From the NCBI RefSeq assembly GCF_037042905.1, contig NC_087258.1:15748001-15812000 (forward strand): a DNA stretch of 64,000 nt, given 5' to 3'. Under the pieces are notes generated by a model. That model did no database searches and was not told where the DNA came from. It saw only the letters and a program-made list of their open reading frames with translations. Origin of the DNA: Lytechinus pictus (taxonomy: Eukaryota). Made by a program: the position numbers and the translations under genes. Shown here one piece after another: positions 11,988-24,406 of the stretch. Each line of letters starts with the position of its first letter. The stretch's first letter is position 1.

Positions 11988-13204
11988 GATACATGTTATT
12001 TATAAAAACTGTTTTTTCCTTTTAGGTGTTGATCGATGGTCACGAAGATGTCTTACGAAATGCACGTAGGGCTTCAGCCTTTTTAGTAGACTTGTTAAGA
12101 GGTTGAACGCTGCATTTTTTAGTACAAATGTCCTGCTTGGCACAAATGTTCCTTGAGTCAAAAGAAAAAGATTCATCCAAAGAGACACGCTGTATCTATG
12201 CAAATAAGCAAGTAATTTGCATAAATTTGCATATTATGCCGATATAGTAAAAACAAGTATTTCAGAATATATATTTAACTAGAACTGCCCTAAAATTGGA
12301 AATAAAGACTTAGGGTAAGAAAGGGAAGAAAATGGTCATAAAATAGTTGGGATATCCTTGTTTATTATTACCTAATTTACATAAATTATTCAAATTATAA
12401 TTAAAAACAGGGTATTTTTTCATGAATCCTGAACTGTTAAAAAAAAAACAGCAACTAATACACAATGTCAACATTCTACACGAAAGAGAATATATTAGCG
12501 AAAACATCGATATGCTTCATGACAGTATTAGTGTCTTTATTTGCTTAGAAAGAGGGCAAATATGTCAAAATGTATGACGTGATATTGCGCTAAAAACGAG
12601 ACCAAAACAACCTCTATGTCACAGTCATACTCACGAATCGGACAATAAAGCGATCAATGGTATGTCATTCGAGATAACACAATCCCAACACAATAGCTTC
12701 CATCGGCTTCTCGTACGCTTTTGTTGGTGTGTCTGCCACATCGCAATCTATGATACATACGGACAAAATGCATTTCGGTATCGGTAAAACACTATTAATT
12801 TTGTTTTATTTAAAATTTACAGGAGACATTGCTTTGCAGGTTACTGCTTTAATGAAACTCTGGCACATGAATCATGACGAATGTATCCTACCTCAATCCA
12901 TATTTTAACTTTATTAAAATAAATATCTTTTGGAGACCCGAAGTGGCAAAACTGCACCCCCCCCCCCCCCCGGCATTCCCGCCACTTTACAAAACCAGTT
13001 TGACTTGTTTAATCGACTTGGAAAAGACAGATGTATGAGACGTCAGTCAACATGTTTCCTGAAGAAAGTTTTTTTTATAAAGCCTACGCCCACGGGAGCC
13101 CTCCGAATTTACCCCATCCCCTCTACGTATTTCGACTTTAAGCAAGTTGCGTTTTTTTGTATATTAAAGCAACTTTTATATCTATATTTTTATATTTACA
13201 TTCA

Positions 13205-13292
13205 TCATTATTGATATTATTATAATTATTATTATTATTACTATTATTATTACTACTATTATTATTATTATTATTATTATTATCATTATTAT
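13205..13292. repeat. (ATT)n microsatellite
   Basis: Imperfect trinucleotide run. Confidence 0.85.
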
Positions 13293-13987
13293 TGTTCTGC
13301 CGTTTGTAATAGTGCTCTATATAGCACAGTAAAGGCTATAACCCAACAGGAGCATGCCTAGGATACCCTTTCCCTTTTTGGTTTTATGTATTAAAAAATA
13401 GTTTATTGTCTTTAGAACGCTTACAAGATTACTTTTGTTTGTATTGATATCTTGGAATAGATTGAGGAGAAAATACTCTACAACTGACATGTAGAGGAGC
13501 TGTGGTACATTGAAGAACAGCCACACATCCCTTTATTGATTCCACTCTATGTTGAATTTAAATATTTTTAGAGCCCAATCGGAAGAAAGATGCATTTCTA
13601 CTACACACAGCAAAGCCTCTTTGCGTTCTCCTCTTGAAAAAAAACAAAAACAAACAAACAATGAAGGCATTGTTTTATATCTCATAAAATAAGTTCGTGT
13701 ACGTGACGGTGGCCTGTCGAAGTTGCCCAACAGCGATACATATTTACCCCCAAAAGACCCCTTCCTTAAACCCCTCGTCAGAACAACGCCTGAATATGCA
13801 GACATGAACTTAAAAATTGTTGGGAAAGTGGTCACATTATATGAATGTAATTATGAATATGACCAATATTATTTACCACTTTAGGAAAAATGAAATATGA
13901 ATTAAAATGTGTATTCTATCGCTGCTGTTATTTTTGTGTTAGAATAATTGAATTAATTTTTCCTTACGTTTACCTAACTTCTCACTC

Positions 13988-14018
<31 letters not shown>

Positions 14019-14252
14019 TTATTTATTTGTCGTTTTATTTCAACAGGGTAGCCCTATTGATTTTCAGGTATTCCAGGTATTTCAATATCAAGGGATAGTT
14101 ATGTAATCAGTAAGATCTGCTTTTGCAGCGTACGTTAATACATTTGATCTTTTTTTTTCTCAAATTAAACTAATTATCACAAACCCAAACTGGAATCATA
14201 GGCATCATTAAACAATAATCATCATTACAATCTCCCTCACTATCTCCATATA

Positions 14253-15602
14253 CAGTGCGTATAAAAAAAAAAACCGGACAGATTTGAAAAGTCTATAAAT
14301 TTTTTTTTCAAAGAATGATGTCTATATTTTGGTGTTAATAGATGCTCTAGGGTATTATCTTTGAAATGCAATAAAAATAAATAAATTTGGTTCATGCTTG
14401 AGCGAACACGGGACGTTTTTGTTGGGGGTTCAAAAAGAGGCTTGCGCCAGAATTGCAGAATATGAGTAATATGATGATCAGACTTCTGCTTGACCTTTTC
14501 TTTATCTGTGCCACAATTTTCGAATTATGCTGTCAAATTTCATTTACAAATTTATTTATTTAATTGATTTTTTTTTATTTTCATTTAAACTTCTCTTACC
14601 TTTTAATTTTCCTTCATAAGTAAATGAGAAAAGAAGACTTTTTTGTCAACCCAAGCAAGAAGATTGAATTATTAATTGGGAAAACTTGTGATTATTCAAA
14701 TCCTTTTATTATGTGAAACAAATTGTGTTATGTACCTTTAAAAGACATGAATCTATTTTTCAAGGGGTCATTAATTCCTTGACCAAGTTCAATTGCTTGA
14801 CAGGAAACACAGGAAGGGATTCATGTCTTTCAATGACAATGGTGTATTGAGTCAATTTTAAGGAGCTAGATATGGCAGATCGGGTAAAATCTATTAAAAC
14901 GTTGTGAGCGAGCGAAGTGAGCACGCAAATATTCCCACTTTTTTAATTACCAGATCAAATTTTGTGATAGATTTTGACATAATATTCAGAAAATAATATA
15001 ATATTTTACTTTCTATATTTCCTTTTATTTCCTGTCCACTTTTTTTCTTGGTCATGATTTTTTTTTAATTGAGGGGGGAGCATCCCTAGCGCCCGCCCAT
15101 CTGTTTGGCACTGTTCAAAATGCACCATAACCTTTGTAGCACACAATGAAAGGATTTGAATAAAAAATCAATGCTCTCCCATAATTCGGTTGAAACAAAA
15201 TTGTTTAGCTTGAAAAAGGAATATTCAAAGCTAACAGAGAGCATATTAAAAAGAAACAACATAATAATTCAATCAAATAAATAGATCTGAAAATGAATTT
15301 TGACCGCATGACTTGAAAATTGTGGCAAAGATAATGAAAAGGTTAAAAGGAAGTCTGCTAATTAGCAAGAAGTCCGATCATCATATTTATAATTTTATGC
15401 CATTCTTGCGCAAGCCTCCTTTTTAACCCCAGACAAAAACATTCCGTGTTCGCTCAAGCATGGCCGAAACTAAATTTTTTTAATAGCATTTGAAAGATAA
15501 GACCTTAGAGCACCTATTAACACCAAAATATAGACATCATAATTTGAAACAAAAATTTTATAGACTTTTCAAATCTGTCCCGGTTTTTTTTTATACGCAC
15601 TG
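14253..15602. mobile_element. Non-autonomous Tc1/mariner-like DNA transposon
   Basis: CAGTGCGTATAAAAA...TTTTTATACGCACTG termini, >200-bp imperfect TIRs, TA duplicated at 14251-14252 and 15603-15604; no transposase ORF. Confidence 0.8.
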
Positions 15603-17107
15603 TAGAGGCAAAATCACCGTCGCCGTCATCAACACTGGCGAGTTTACGCAACCACATTTTGTCTTGTAATAAGTTTTTGTGTTTTTTGGTACCATTTTTG
15701 TTGTTTAATTGTATTATGTTTTTGGTTGTTATATGCACACTTTGCTTATTCCTTATAATTTCAATCTTTTATATTGTAAAAACTTTTTGTAATTCGGCTC
15801 TGTGCTGTGATGGAAGTTTTTTATCTGAATTAACCATTTTGAATTGAATTGAACCACTACGCGTACGCTTTGTGGACCGTTGAGAATCCATTGTGCATAC
15901 CCATCAAATCACAATGAAGAGCTTAGAGGTCATTGTCGAAAATTTGTGAACTGGGACAGCAGATCGTCCGAAGATTTGGAGCTGACGAAAAATATGAGTC
16001 GTCTGTCCAGAGTCCAGGACTTTTTTTTTTCTTTTTTCCCCCTTTTAAAAAAAAAACAAGTGCACACCTAGTTACCAATAATGCATATAGCATTTCCATT
16101 TATTTGAAAGCAGGATAAAAGAGCACTGTAGATTAAATGCCTTGCTCACGGGCATAGGTGCCGCGGCCTAGCGCAAGGATGTAAAATTTGACATTACTGA
16201 TCAAAAGTCATAGCTACATCCTGATGGGGACAGATGCTCTCCTGCTTGCTGCTCCGTTCAATTACAGTTTAAGAGACAGTCATCCCACAGGAGCTCGAGC
16301 AAATGAGGACACCAGCCCCTAACAGGTAGCCAGTGAGACAAATACTGCACGTAGTAAGTGATAACCAAATTTTGTATGGGTAGGATAAATAAGTTTCACT
16401 TCATCTTATTTTTCATACCAGACCCGGCAAATGTGAGGGCGAATAGCAGATGAAACATAATTATGTAGCAGCAATCAACAGGAGATGGAAACAGGAGAAA
16501 AGAATATGGAGGTAGGCTAAATAACAATTGGATGTGGGGAGGAGGATTATAAGTGGAAGTGTGTGAGAGAGATAGAGAGACGGTTGAGAGAGAAACATTT
16601 TCGAAATCGTGGACCCAGGATTTTCTAAAGGATGTGCTTTTTGTTCCAAATAATTCGACTACCCCCCCCCCCCCCCAAAAAAAAAAGCGTCATTACTCAC
16701 TTATGAAGGGGGTTTGGTCTCTGGAAAAGAATAAAATGGAGCCATAAAAAAGGCTTATCCCTCACAAATGAACTATATAGGGTGATGGGGGTTTGTTCTC
16801 CAGATATAAATCGACAAAAATGTATTTTTTGGTGCAATTTTCCGTGGTGCGCCAATGTTTGTTGTTTGTGCTATAGCGCCACCTTGTGGTGGATTGGTTT
16901 CAGTGTCAATGCAACGACTGTAATTCGCCCCTTGACGGCGCCGCGGTTGAAGTCATGAGCTGCCTAATAAATTAAGGTACAATTATTCAACTATTGTGAG
17001 TGAAGTGTCATTCCTTTATTGTCGTGGTGGCAGCAGGTTCGATCCCTGTCTATCCACACAATAGGATGGCCACTGCTACCCTAGCGTTCATTCGGTCGAA
17101 AAGCATC

Positions 17108-18108
17108 ATTTTTGTCTCACCTGCATAGCAGAGTGAGACTATAGGCGCCGCTTTTCCGACGGCGACGGCGACGGCGGCGGCGGCGGCGACGGCGGCGGCG
17201 GCGGCGACGGCGACGGCGGCGTCAACACCAAATCTTAACCTGAGGTTAAGTTTTTGAAATGACAGCATAACTTAGAAAGTATATGGACCTAGTTCATGAA
17301 ACTTGGCCATAAGGTTAATCAAGTATTACTGAACATCCTGCCTGAGTTTCATGTCACATGACCAAGGTCAAAGGTCATTTAGGGTCAATGAACTTAGACC
17401 ATGTTGGGGGAATCAACATCAAAATCTTAACCTAAGGTTAAGTTTTTGAAATGTCATCATAACTTAGAAAATATATGGACCTAGTTCATGAAACTTATAC
17501 ATAAGGTTAATCAAGTATCACTGAACATCCTGCATGAGTTTCACATCACATGACCAAGGTCAAAGGTCATTTAGGGTCAATGAACTTTGGCCGAATTGGG
17601 GGTATCTGTTGAATTACCATCATAACTTTGAAAGTTTATGGATCTGATTCATGAAACTTGGACATAATAGTAATCAAGTATTACTGAACATCCTGTGCAA
17701 GTTTCAGGTCACATGATCAAGGTCAAAGGTCATTTAGGGTCAATGAACTTTGGCCAAATTGGGGTATTTGTTGAATTACAGCCATAAATTTGAAAGTGTG
17801 TTGGTCTAGTTCATAAAACTTGGACATAATAGTAATCAAGTATCACTGAACATCCTGTGCGAGTTTCAGGTCACATGATCAAGGTCAAAGGTCATGTAAG
17901 GTCAAAGAACTTTGGCCACGTTGGGGGTATTTGTTGAATTGCCATCATATCTCTATAAGTGTATTGGTCTAGTTCATAAAACGTGGAAATAAGAGTAACC
18001 AAGTATCACTGAACATCTTGTGCGAGTTATAGTAGTTTTCAAAATCAGCACTGCTGCTATATTGAATCGCGTGATGCAGGTGAGACGGCCAGAGGCATTC
18101 CACTTGTT
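17108..18108 (+). mobile_element. Helentron-associated non-autonomous element (HINE/DINE-1/Tsp-like) nested in the LTR element
   Basis: 5' T-run plus subTIR GTCTCACCTGCAT; (GGC/GAC)n microsatellite; 4-5 tandem units of ~162-192 bp; 3' subTIR ATGCAGGTGAGAC and CTTGTT end. Confidence 0.8.
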
Positions 18109-18190
18109 CGTGATAGGTAGTTGTAGTTCGTTGTTAATCATGTCTTCTCACGCCACGGCTAACACTCATCCCCACACATAGCCTTTTACG

Positions 18191-20518
18191 ATGGCTTATC
18201 CCCGGTACATGTACCGGTACCTTCCACAGGCCCGAGAGAGCGGCCGCCAGTATCATGCCCAAGATAGAGGCTACTACACTAAACATAACCAACATGAACA
18301 AATTGTTAATGATAATTCAACATTAATCCAAATCGGAAGAGAGAAAGAAAATGATATGATTGTAAGTGATTGTGACAATCTTGATTTGTATGATTTAAAC
18401 AATGATGATTATGCATATGATGATGAATATTGTTTTGATCATGATGAGTCTGTCATTGAAGACCATTCTCATTCCTTTCCTAGAGCAAGTAGGGTTTTAC
18501 ATTGTACAGTACATAATCAAGACAGTCATAAAGCTAGTACACATAACACAAATAGTGTTGGATACAGATCTAGTTCTTACTCAAACGTTGGACCTACTTG
18601 TGACAATCCCTACTATTCAGCATCTAAATATAATTGTAGTCGTAACAAAAGTGAGTGCTCATTCTTGAAAAAGTCTGAAAGAAGTATCAGTACACAAAAT
18701 TGCTTGACTTCTTCCAAATCAGTTTGGTCAGAGTATTTGGATGTAAGTGATGATTATCAAGATGATTGTCAACTTCTATATGCTGACTCTGTCTCTGATT
18801 TATCTGAGAGTGATGAATGCCGCTATGATGATTATGATTGTTCTATTTCGGATAGTGAGGATGCTTTGCCTGTTAGAACAGGCTTAACAGATAGTTCTTT
18901 CGGTCGTGCCGAGGTCTTGCCAGAGTCAGGCAGACCGCATGAAATCCATGGAGATTTTTTCGGCGATGATATGAGTGACTCATCGGAGTTAGGTGAGTAC
19001 CACTCCAAGGTTACACATTCGCCACAGTTTTCAGTGGCCAGCCTTTCCTCTCCGTCTCCAAGTGTCAATCTTTTTCATGGTCAAAAGCTCGTCAAGGTCA
19101 AACTTGTCAGTGGTTCACCACAGAACCTCATTGGTCTTTCCAGCGTTCAAAGTCTTGGTGCTGTCATCAGGCCTACAGATACCCTTCGGTCGGTGTGTTA
19201 TGCTAACCGTTCCTCGCGCCTTCCAGTTATTGGTACGACAAGTCTTACCTTAAGTAGGAATGGGGAACACTTGCTTTTCGAAGCGTATGTCGTAGACTCA
19301 CCGCTTATTCAAATTCATGCAGGAATTCCATTCATAGAGTTACATGACATTACCATCCGTCCTGCTAAGCACCGCATCACCATAGGTGATGGACCGTCGT
19401 ACACTTATGGTCCTGACACTTCGCTGTCGATACGCGATATCAATTCACATGACCATATTTCCGATATGCCCAGTGGCACTGAGAAATTGCAACATGCGCC
19501 TAGCGTTCCACTCATATCCGGTTGCGACGAGAAATTGCCACTTACGCTCTCTATCGTTCCACGTATGTCCGGTGGCACCGACGAATTGCCACACGTACCT
19601 CCAGTCGTTCCGCATATGTCCGGCGGCACTGAGACACTGCAATACGTGCTTTCCATCATAACGCCCTTGTGTGACCCTTCACCATCAGGCACTGCTTTTA
19701 TCAAAGTCATTAACAGCTCGTCGGTTGACCTAGTCACTGCTACCCAGAACGATGTCGCTGCATGCCAGCAACTTCAATCCGAGCTAGTTTCAGTTCCTGA
19801 CTATGACGTGAAGCTCACAACATCTGGTCCCGCTGTGGATATTGGTATAGACACCCAACCTAACCTTACACACGCCGACCTGCTTAGTAAAGCAGGATGT
19901 CTACAGAATACTGATTTTGACAAGTTTTCACTGGCTACTAATTCTAGTCCTGTAGTGATGGATTCTCCTCTCATTGGTGAGTGCTTGATCCCTTGCTACC
20001 AACACTGTGACCCAACTTGTGATGGCCTCACCACAGAGGTTATGGACCCACCAGGTCGCCCCCCGGATGTTCGCAAAGGATGCAGTATCCCTACTCGTGA
20101 AGGCCTTACCACAGAGGTGATGGACCCACCAGGTCACCCCCCGGATGTTCGCAAAGGATGCAGTATCCCTACTCGTGAAGGCCTTACCACAGAGGTTATG
20201 GACCCGCCAGGTCGCCCCCCGGATTTTCGCAAAGGACGCAGTATCCCTACTCGTGATGACCTCACCACGGAGGTTATAGGCCAACCAGGTCCCCCGCCGG
20301 ATGTTGGCAATAGACTGTATGCTCCCTTTGTTCCTGTGACTGGTCTTTACAACCCATCCCATGGAACTGTTCCTTTGGCTTTTCGTCACCTTGTTCATAG
20401 GACGTCGCCCGCGAACATCGCTCCACCTTCAGAACAACGGCCAGGCCTCTCAACATTTTGGTTGTCCATAGGACCCCCTCCTGGTCGTCCACCAGACATT
20501 GATACAAGGTACCAATGA
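18191..20518 (+). CDS. LTR-element protein (775 aa): acidic N-terminus, degenerate retropepsin-like protease, Pro-rich tandem repeats
   Basis: Uninterrupted ORF. VKLVSGSPQNLI...EAYVVDS...IHAGIPFIELHDITIRPA resembles a Gypsy protease with Val at the expected catalytic Asp. 26-aa repeat (GLTTEVMDPPGRPPDVRKGCSIPTRE) about 3.5 times; ~17-aa repeat 4 times. No RT, RNase H or integrase motifs. Confidence 0.7.
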   Translation: MAYPRYMYRYLPQARESGRQYHAQDRGYYTKHNQHEQIVNDNSTLIQIGREKENDMIVSDCDNLDLYDLNNDDYAYDDEYCFDHDESVIEDHSHSFPRASRVLHCTVHNQDSHKASTHNTNSVGYRSSSYSNVGPTCDNPYYSASKYNCSRNKSECSFLKKSERSISTQNCLTSSKSVWSEYLDVSDDYQDDCQLLYADSVSDLSESDECRYDDYDCSISDSEDALPVRTGLTDSSFGRAEVLPESGRPHEIHGDFFGDDMSDSSELGEYHSKVTHSPQFSVASLSSPSPSVNLFHGQKLVKVKLVSGSPQNLIGLSSVQSLGAVIRPTDTLRSVCYANRSSRLPVIGTTSLTLSRNGEHLLFEAYVVDSPLIQIHAGIPFIELHDITIRPAKHRITIGDGPSYTYGPDTSLSIRDINSHDHISDMPSGTEKLQHAPSVPLISGCDEKLPLTLSIVPRMSGGTDELPHVPPVVPHMSGGTETLQYVLSIITPLCDPSPSGTAFIKVINSSSVDLVTATQNDVAACQQLQSELVSVPDYDVKLTTSGPAVDIGIDTQPNLTHADLLSKAGCLQNTDFDKFSLATNSSPVVMDSPLIGECLIPCYQHCDPTCDGLTTEVMDPPGRPPDVRKGCSIPTREGLTTEVMDPPGHPPDVRKGCSIPTREGLTTEVMDPPGRPPDFRKGRSIPTRDDLTTEVIGQPGPPPDVGNRLYAPFVPVTGLYNPSHGTVPLAFRHLVHRTSPANIAPPSEQRPGLSTFWLSIGPPPGRPPDIDTRYQ

Positions 20519-23500
20519 ACTGTTGTATCCTCCCTTTGATTCTGAGAGATGGACATTTGCACTTTTTAAAGTGAAATCTGGGATAAACATCCTATATTGA
20601 CTGCTATTGTTTTACCTTTTTGTTCACGGACAATTAATGATGACGTATACTATGGACACTGCTAATTGCATGTATGAGGTATTGTTCATATTATGTATGT
20701 TTATGATTATTTTCTTCCCTTCACATTTTTATTGCATAATTGATTATTTTTATTGCATACATAATGTATTGTTTTAGAATATACAGTACGATTGTTTTTT
20801 TTTTTGCACATTTTATGCAAGATATGTTTTCTTTTTGTACTAATCACTGTATACTGCTCCTTTTGTTGTGATGCTTATGCCTTTATTTTGTTTAAAGAAT
20901 GATGTTTTTTCCATTTATTTTTATTCGCCTTTCATTGGGTTGGAGTTGTACAGCTGATTGTGTTAATATTTTGATGTGCATGTTATGCCTACTGGTCTGT
21001 CATTAAATTTGATTTCCTATACTGAAGTTTGTTGTGTGCTTAGACATTTTAATGTTTGCTGGCTGTGTGTGTGTGCTACTTTTATTTGTTTGTTTAGGGG
21101 AGGTGACGTGTAAATCATATACAAGTATCCATTTTTTAATTGATTCGTATTTGATGTGCCTAACATGATTTTTCCAGGATGTGTTTCAAGATTTCCACAT
21201 TTGCTGTATTTCACATAATTATTTCCACCACACACTTTTTATGGATGTATATGTATGCCTTGTACCTTAGCTTTTGATTGATTTCTGCAAGATAACGGTG
21301 TTATTTTTAATTTAATCAGCGTGACTATGTGGTACCCAGTCTGACAACAGTTCACCTGACTGTGCACTTGTGTATATAACTATGTATGGAATCCTTTTTG
21401 TTATTTTGATGGTTGTGGAAGGGTCCATTTTAATGCTTGTGAAGTTAATGGCTTTTTGTTATGCAGATGTTTTATTACAAAGTGTCCCTGTTTCTTTATG
21501 GAATGGTTCTACAGTAATAGGTTCATCAATGCATCTATTTTGGTTATGAATTGTGATGTCTTTATTTAATAAGAACATTATTCATCTATTGCATAGTTTG
21601 GCAATTTTATAATTTGTTTAGTTTATTGTTTTTAGGTCAGATAACTTAGATGACATGGGACTTGATAGTAGTGTTTGAGATTAATATGCATTTACTTTGT
21701 TTATGGTTTCCTTTCCTGTATGTGTGCTGTCAAGTTTAATAGCTAAGTCATTTTATTTGTTTTCATTTACAGGATATATTTTGAGCCACTAATGTCTTTA
21801 TTTACATTATCTTGGCGTAGTGTATGGTATTGCTGTTTTTGGTTTGCCCTTACTTGGTTTTATTTCCTTAGCACAACTGGGCTGGTTTTCTTCCTTAAGT
21901 ATGAGTTATACTTAAAGGCATTGATTGTTAGGTTTTCTTTTAAGGGACAAGCGTTGGCAGGTTTATTGTTTTGCATAACATTTTTTAATGGTTGACTTGA
22001 AATGACATTTGACTTGGTTTTGTTTTTGGTTTAGTTTAGCTTGTGACTTGGTGTTAATGTTTATTTATCGCCTGTTTAGAATGCTTGATTTTATGGGGAT
22101 GTTGAAGATACACATGTTTATGCATTGTGATGTAAATTGTTTCATCTTATGGTTTTGGTTAAGAAAGCTTGTTAGTGCCCCTAACAGTATGTTACACATT
22201 TTATGCAATGTTATGTGTTTATATCTTTAGGAGAGTGCATATATGTGGTTGTGATATTTATATTTCCATGTTATAGCCTTGCTGATAGGTAAAGATGAGA
22301 GGTTTTGATTTTAGTTTGATAGTAATTATTTAACGTTTTTTACATTAGTACTGTAAGGGTTTGATATTTGTAGTATCAAGAATAATTACAATGGTTGGTT
22401 TTTAATAAGCATTATTTGTTGTTATACGGAATTTCTATACCTTTTAGAGGTTGGTAGATTTGTATTCTGTAGGGATATGGCATTGTTTTTAACTTTTTGT
22501 AAGGTAGTACCTGTTTACATGGAATTGGAAGTTCAATACTTTAAAAGACAAAGTGGTCACGCCAATGTTTGTTGTTTGTGCTATAGCGCCACCTTGTGGT
22601 GGATTGGTTTCAGTGTCAATGCAACGACTGTAATTCGCCCCTTGACGGCGCCGCGGTTGAAGTCATGAGCTGCCTAATAAATTAAGGTACAATTATTCAA
22701 CTATTGTGAGTGAAGTGTCATTCCTTTATTGTCGGTGCACCCAGCACTACCACTCCCCCTGGATCCATGTCTGGTATGAACATGATATTAAGTTAAATGG
22801 AATTCGGTTAGGAATGATGCTGATACTAATTCTAGTCGGCTCTCAGGGTCAGGGAACTTCAGTACGATGTCGTTCTCGCGATCGAACTTGACAACCATGT
22901 AGCGTCGCTTACCATCAGGGGATACTTGCAGCCCAACCTGTGATAACAAGATGTGGTCGTGATGTCAATGTTTGATATTTACTCACAATGATATACAATG
23001 TTTTTAATGAAACAAATGTGCTGTAATGCAGAAGACTACCTCAAATAAACTAGGAAGTTCGAGGTGAAATTCAAAACAAGACATTAATCATAGGTAGTTT
23101 CAGAGAAGCAAAAATAGTCAATATTATCAAATCACAATACCATTCACCAATCAACAAGTCATTGTTTGTCTGCGTCTCACTATACCTCATTATACCTGCT
23201 CTGAATGGTTGATTCAAGTCATCACTTGTTTATCGAAATTAATGTATTAGGAGTGTATTCATTGATTTGTTAGACATAAAATAGATTCTCATCCATCCTA
23301 ATACGTTGGTAAAAGCTCGGACAGTAACTCTTTAAACGTTGATTTGAGCGCTACATGAGCGTGTTTGGATCTAGGAGGTAAAGTTGATAATTATGTGGAT
23401 ATAAGGACCTTGTTATAGGAGGTGAGGTCAACAGTTCGGAAAATTTTGTTTCCACGGTCGTTGGTGATTCGGATCTTCTTTCCAGGTCCTAGTTTGACTT

Positions 23501-24406
23501 GAACTTGTCTGGTCCCTTCCCTTCATTCAGAAGCTTTATCAACAAACAAACGATTCAACAGAAATGTCCGTTATTCCAACAAAATCATAAATGTGTGTTT
23601 TCTTAACCAACCATCATGCCATTAGACGTTTTCCTTAGAATTACTTAAAGGAAAACCAGAACAGAATTAATGTATTAAATACACAAATTCTTTTTGGGGT
23701 TGGGTGCAATTACCCCCTTTTTTCCAAAATAAACATACCATTTTATACCACGAAAAAAGAGGATACAACTACAAAGACATGCAAATGTAGATAAAAATTT
23801 AGAGTTTAAGCATACAAGAGCTCGGTGGGTACTCTGAAAAGAATTGGAGAAGGCGGGGTAGAAAGAGGGGAGCGGTTTAATAAGGAGAATACCAGAGCTA
23901 GACTCAGAAGTACATACCTGCGTAGGTCTTGATTCTACTTGGGTCACGTGACCTAGTTTTCCTGTGTTGTAACTTGCGAGCTTCCTGGATGCGATGTTGT
24001 CTAATATGAGCCAGGATGAGGAGAACTGCTATAACACCTGTGTACAGAGGGGTCAAAAACATAGACTTCAAATAGCATGGCTTCAGAGTTCTGCACACAG
24101 TGAGTGGTTCAAAATATTTACGTTTACCCAATCTTCATACTGATATAAATCATGAAGTTTTCGTCTTTTCTCTTCCCTGCTGCAAATAAAATACCAAAAA
24201 TGTATCATCTTCAGATATTCTTCCCTACAGAAGTGCAATACCCTCCCATACAAAGGCAAAATCCCCAATTTTCAAACTGTTTTCATTTGTACTGATTTAG
24301 TTCTCAAGACAAAGATGCCCCTCGTAAAATGGTTTCAGAGACATCATAACAATAACTTTCGCCTGATGGCATACTTTGATTCGTTATAACGCGCATCATC
24401 TACAAC

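Larger units (their letters stand above)
16850..22734 (+). mobile_element. Non-autonomous LTR retrotransposon (Gypsy-derived)
   Basis: 175-bp direct repeats at 16850-17024 and 22560-22734, identical by eye, with AATAAA. PBS TGGTGGCAGC (tRNA-Leu 3' complement) at 17025. Purine-rich tract ~22543-22556. Empty site visible at 28081-28090. Confidence 0.9.
16168..22827. repeat. Duplicated copy of Duox intron segment 27406-28175, split by an LTR element
   Basis: 16168-16849 plus 22735-22827 match 27406-28175 almost base for base (duplicate ORFs 16461-16649 and 27699-27887). Confidence 0.9.

Noticed and set aside
12026-12106. Possible plus-strand terminal exon VLIDGHEDVLRNARRASAFLVDLLRG*
   Set aside because: Good acceptor, but no partner exons or recognisable homology; insufficient support.
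23523-23525. In-frame TGA in a Duox exon read as selenocysteine or readthrough
   Set aside because: It falls at an expected Trp next to an apparent small deletion, and the locus has several other disabling lesions.
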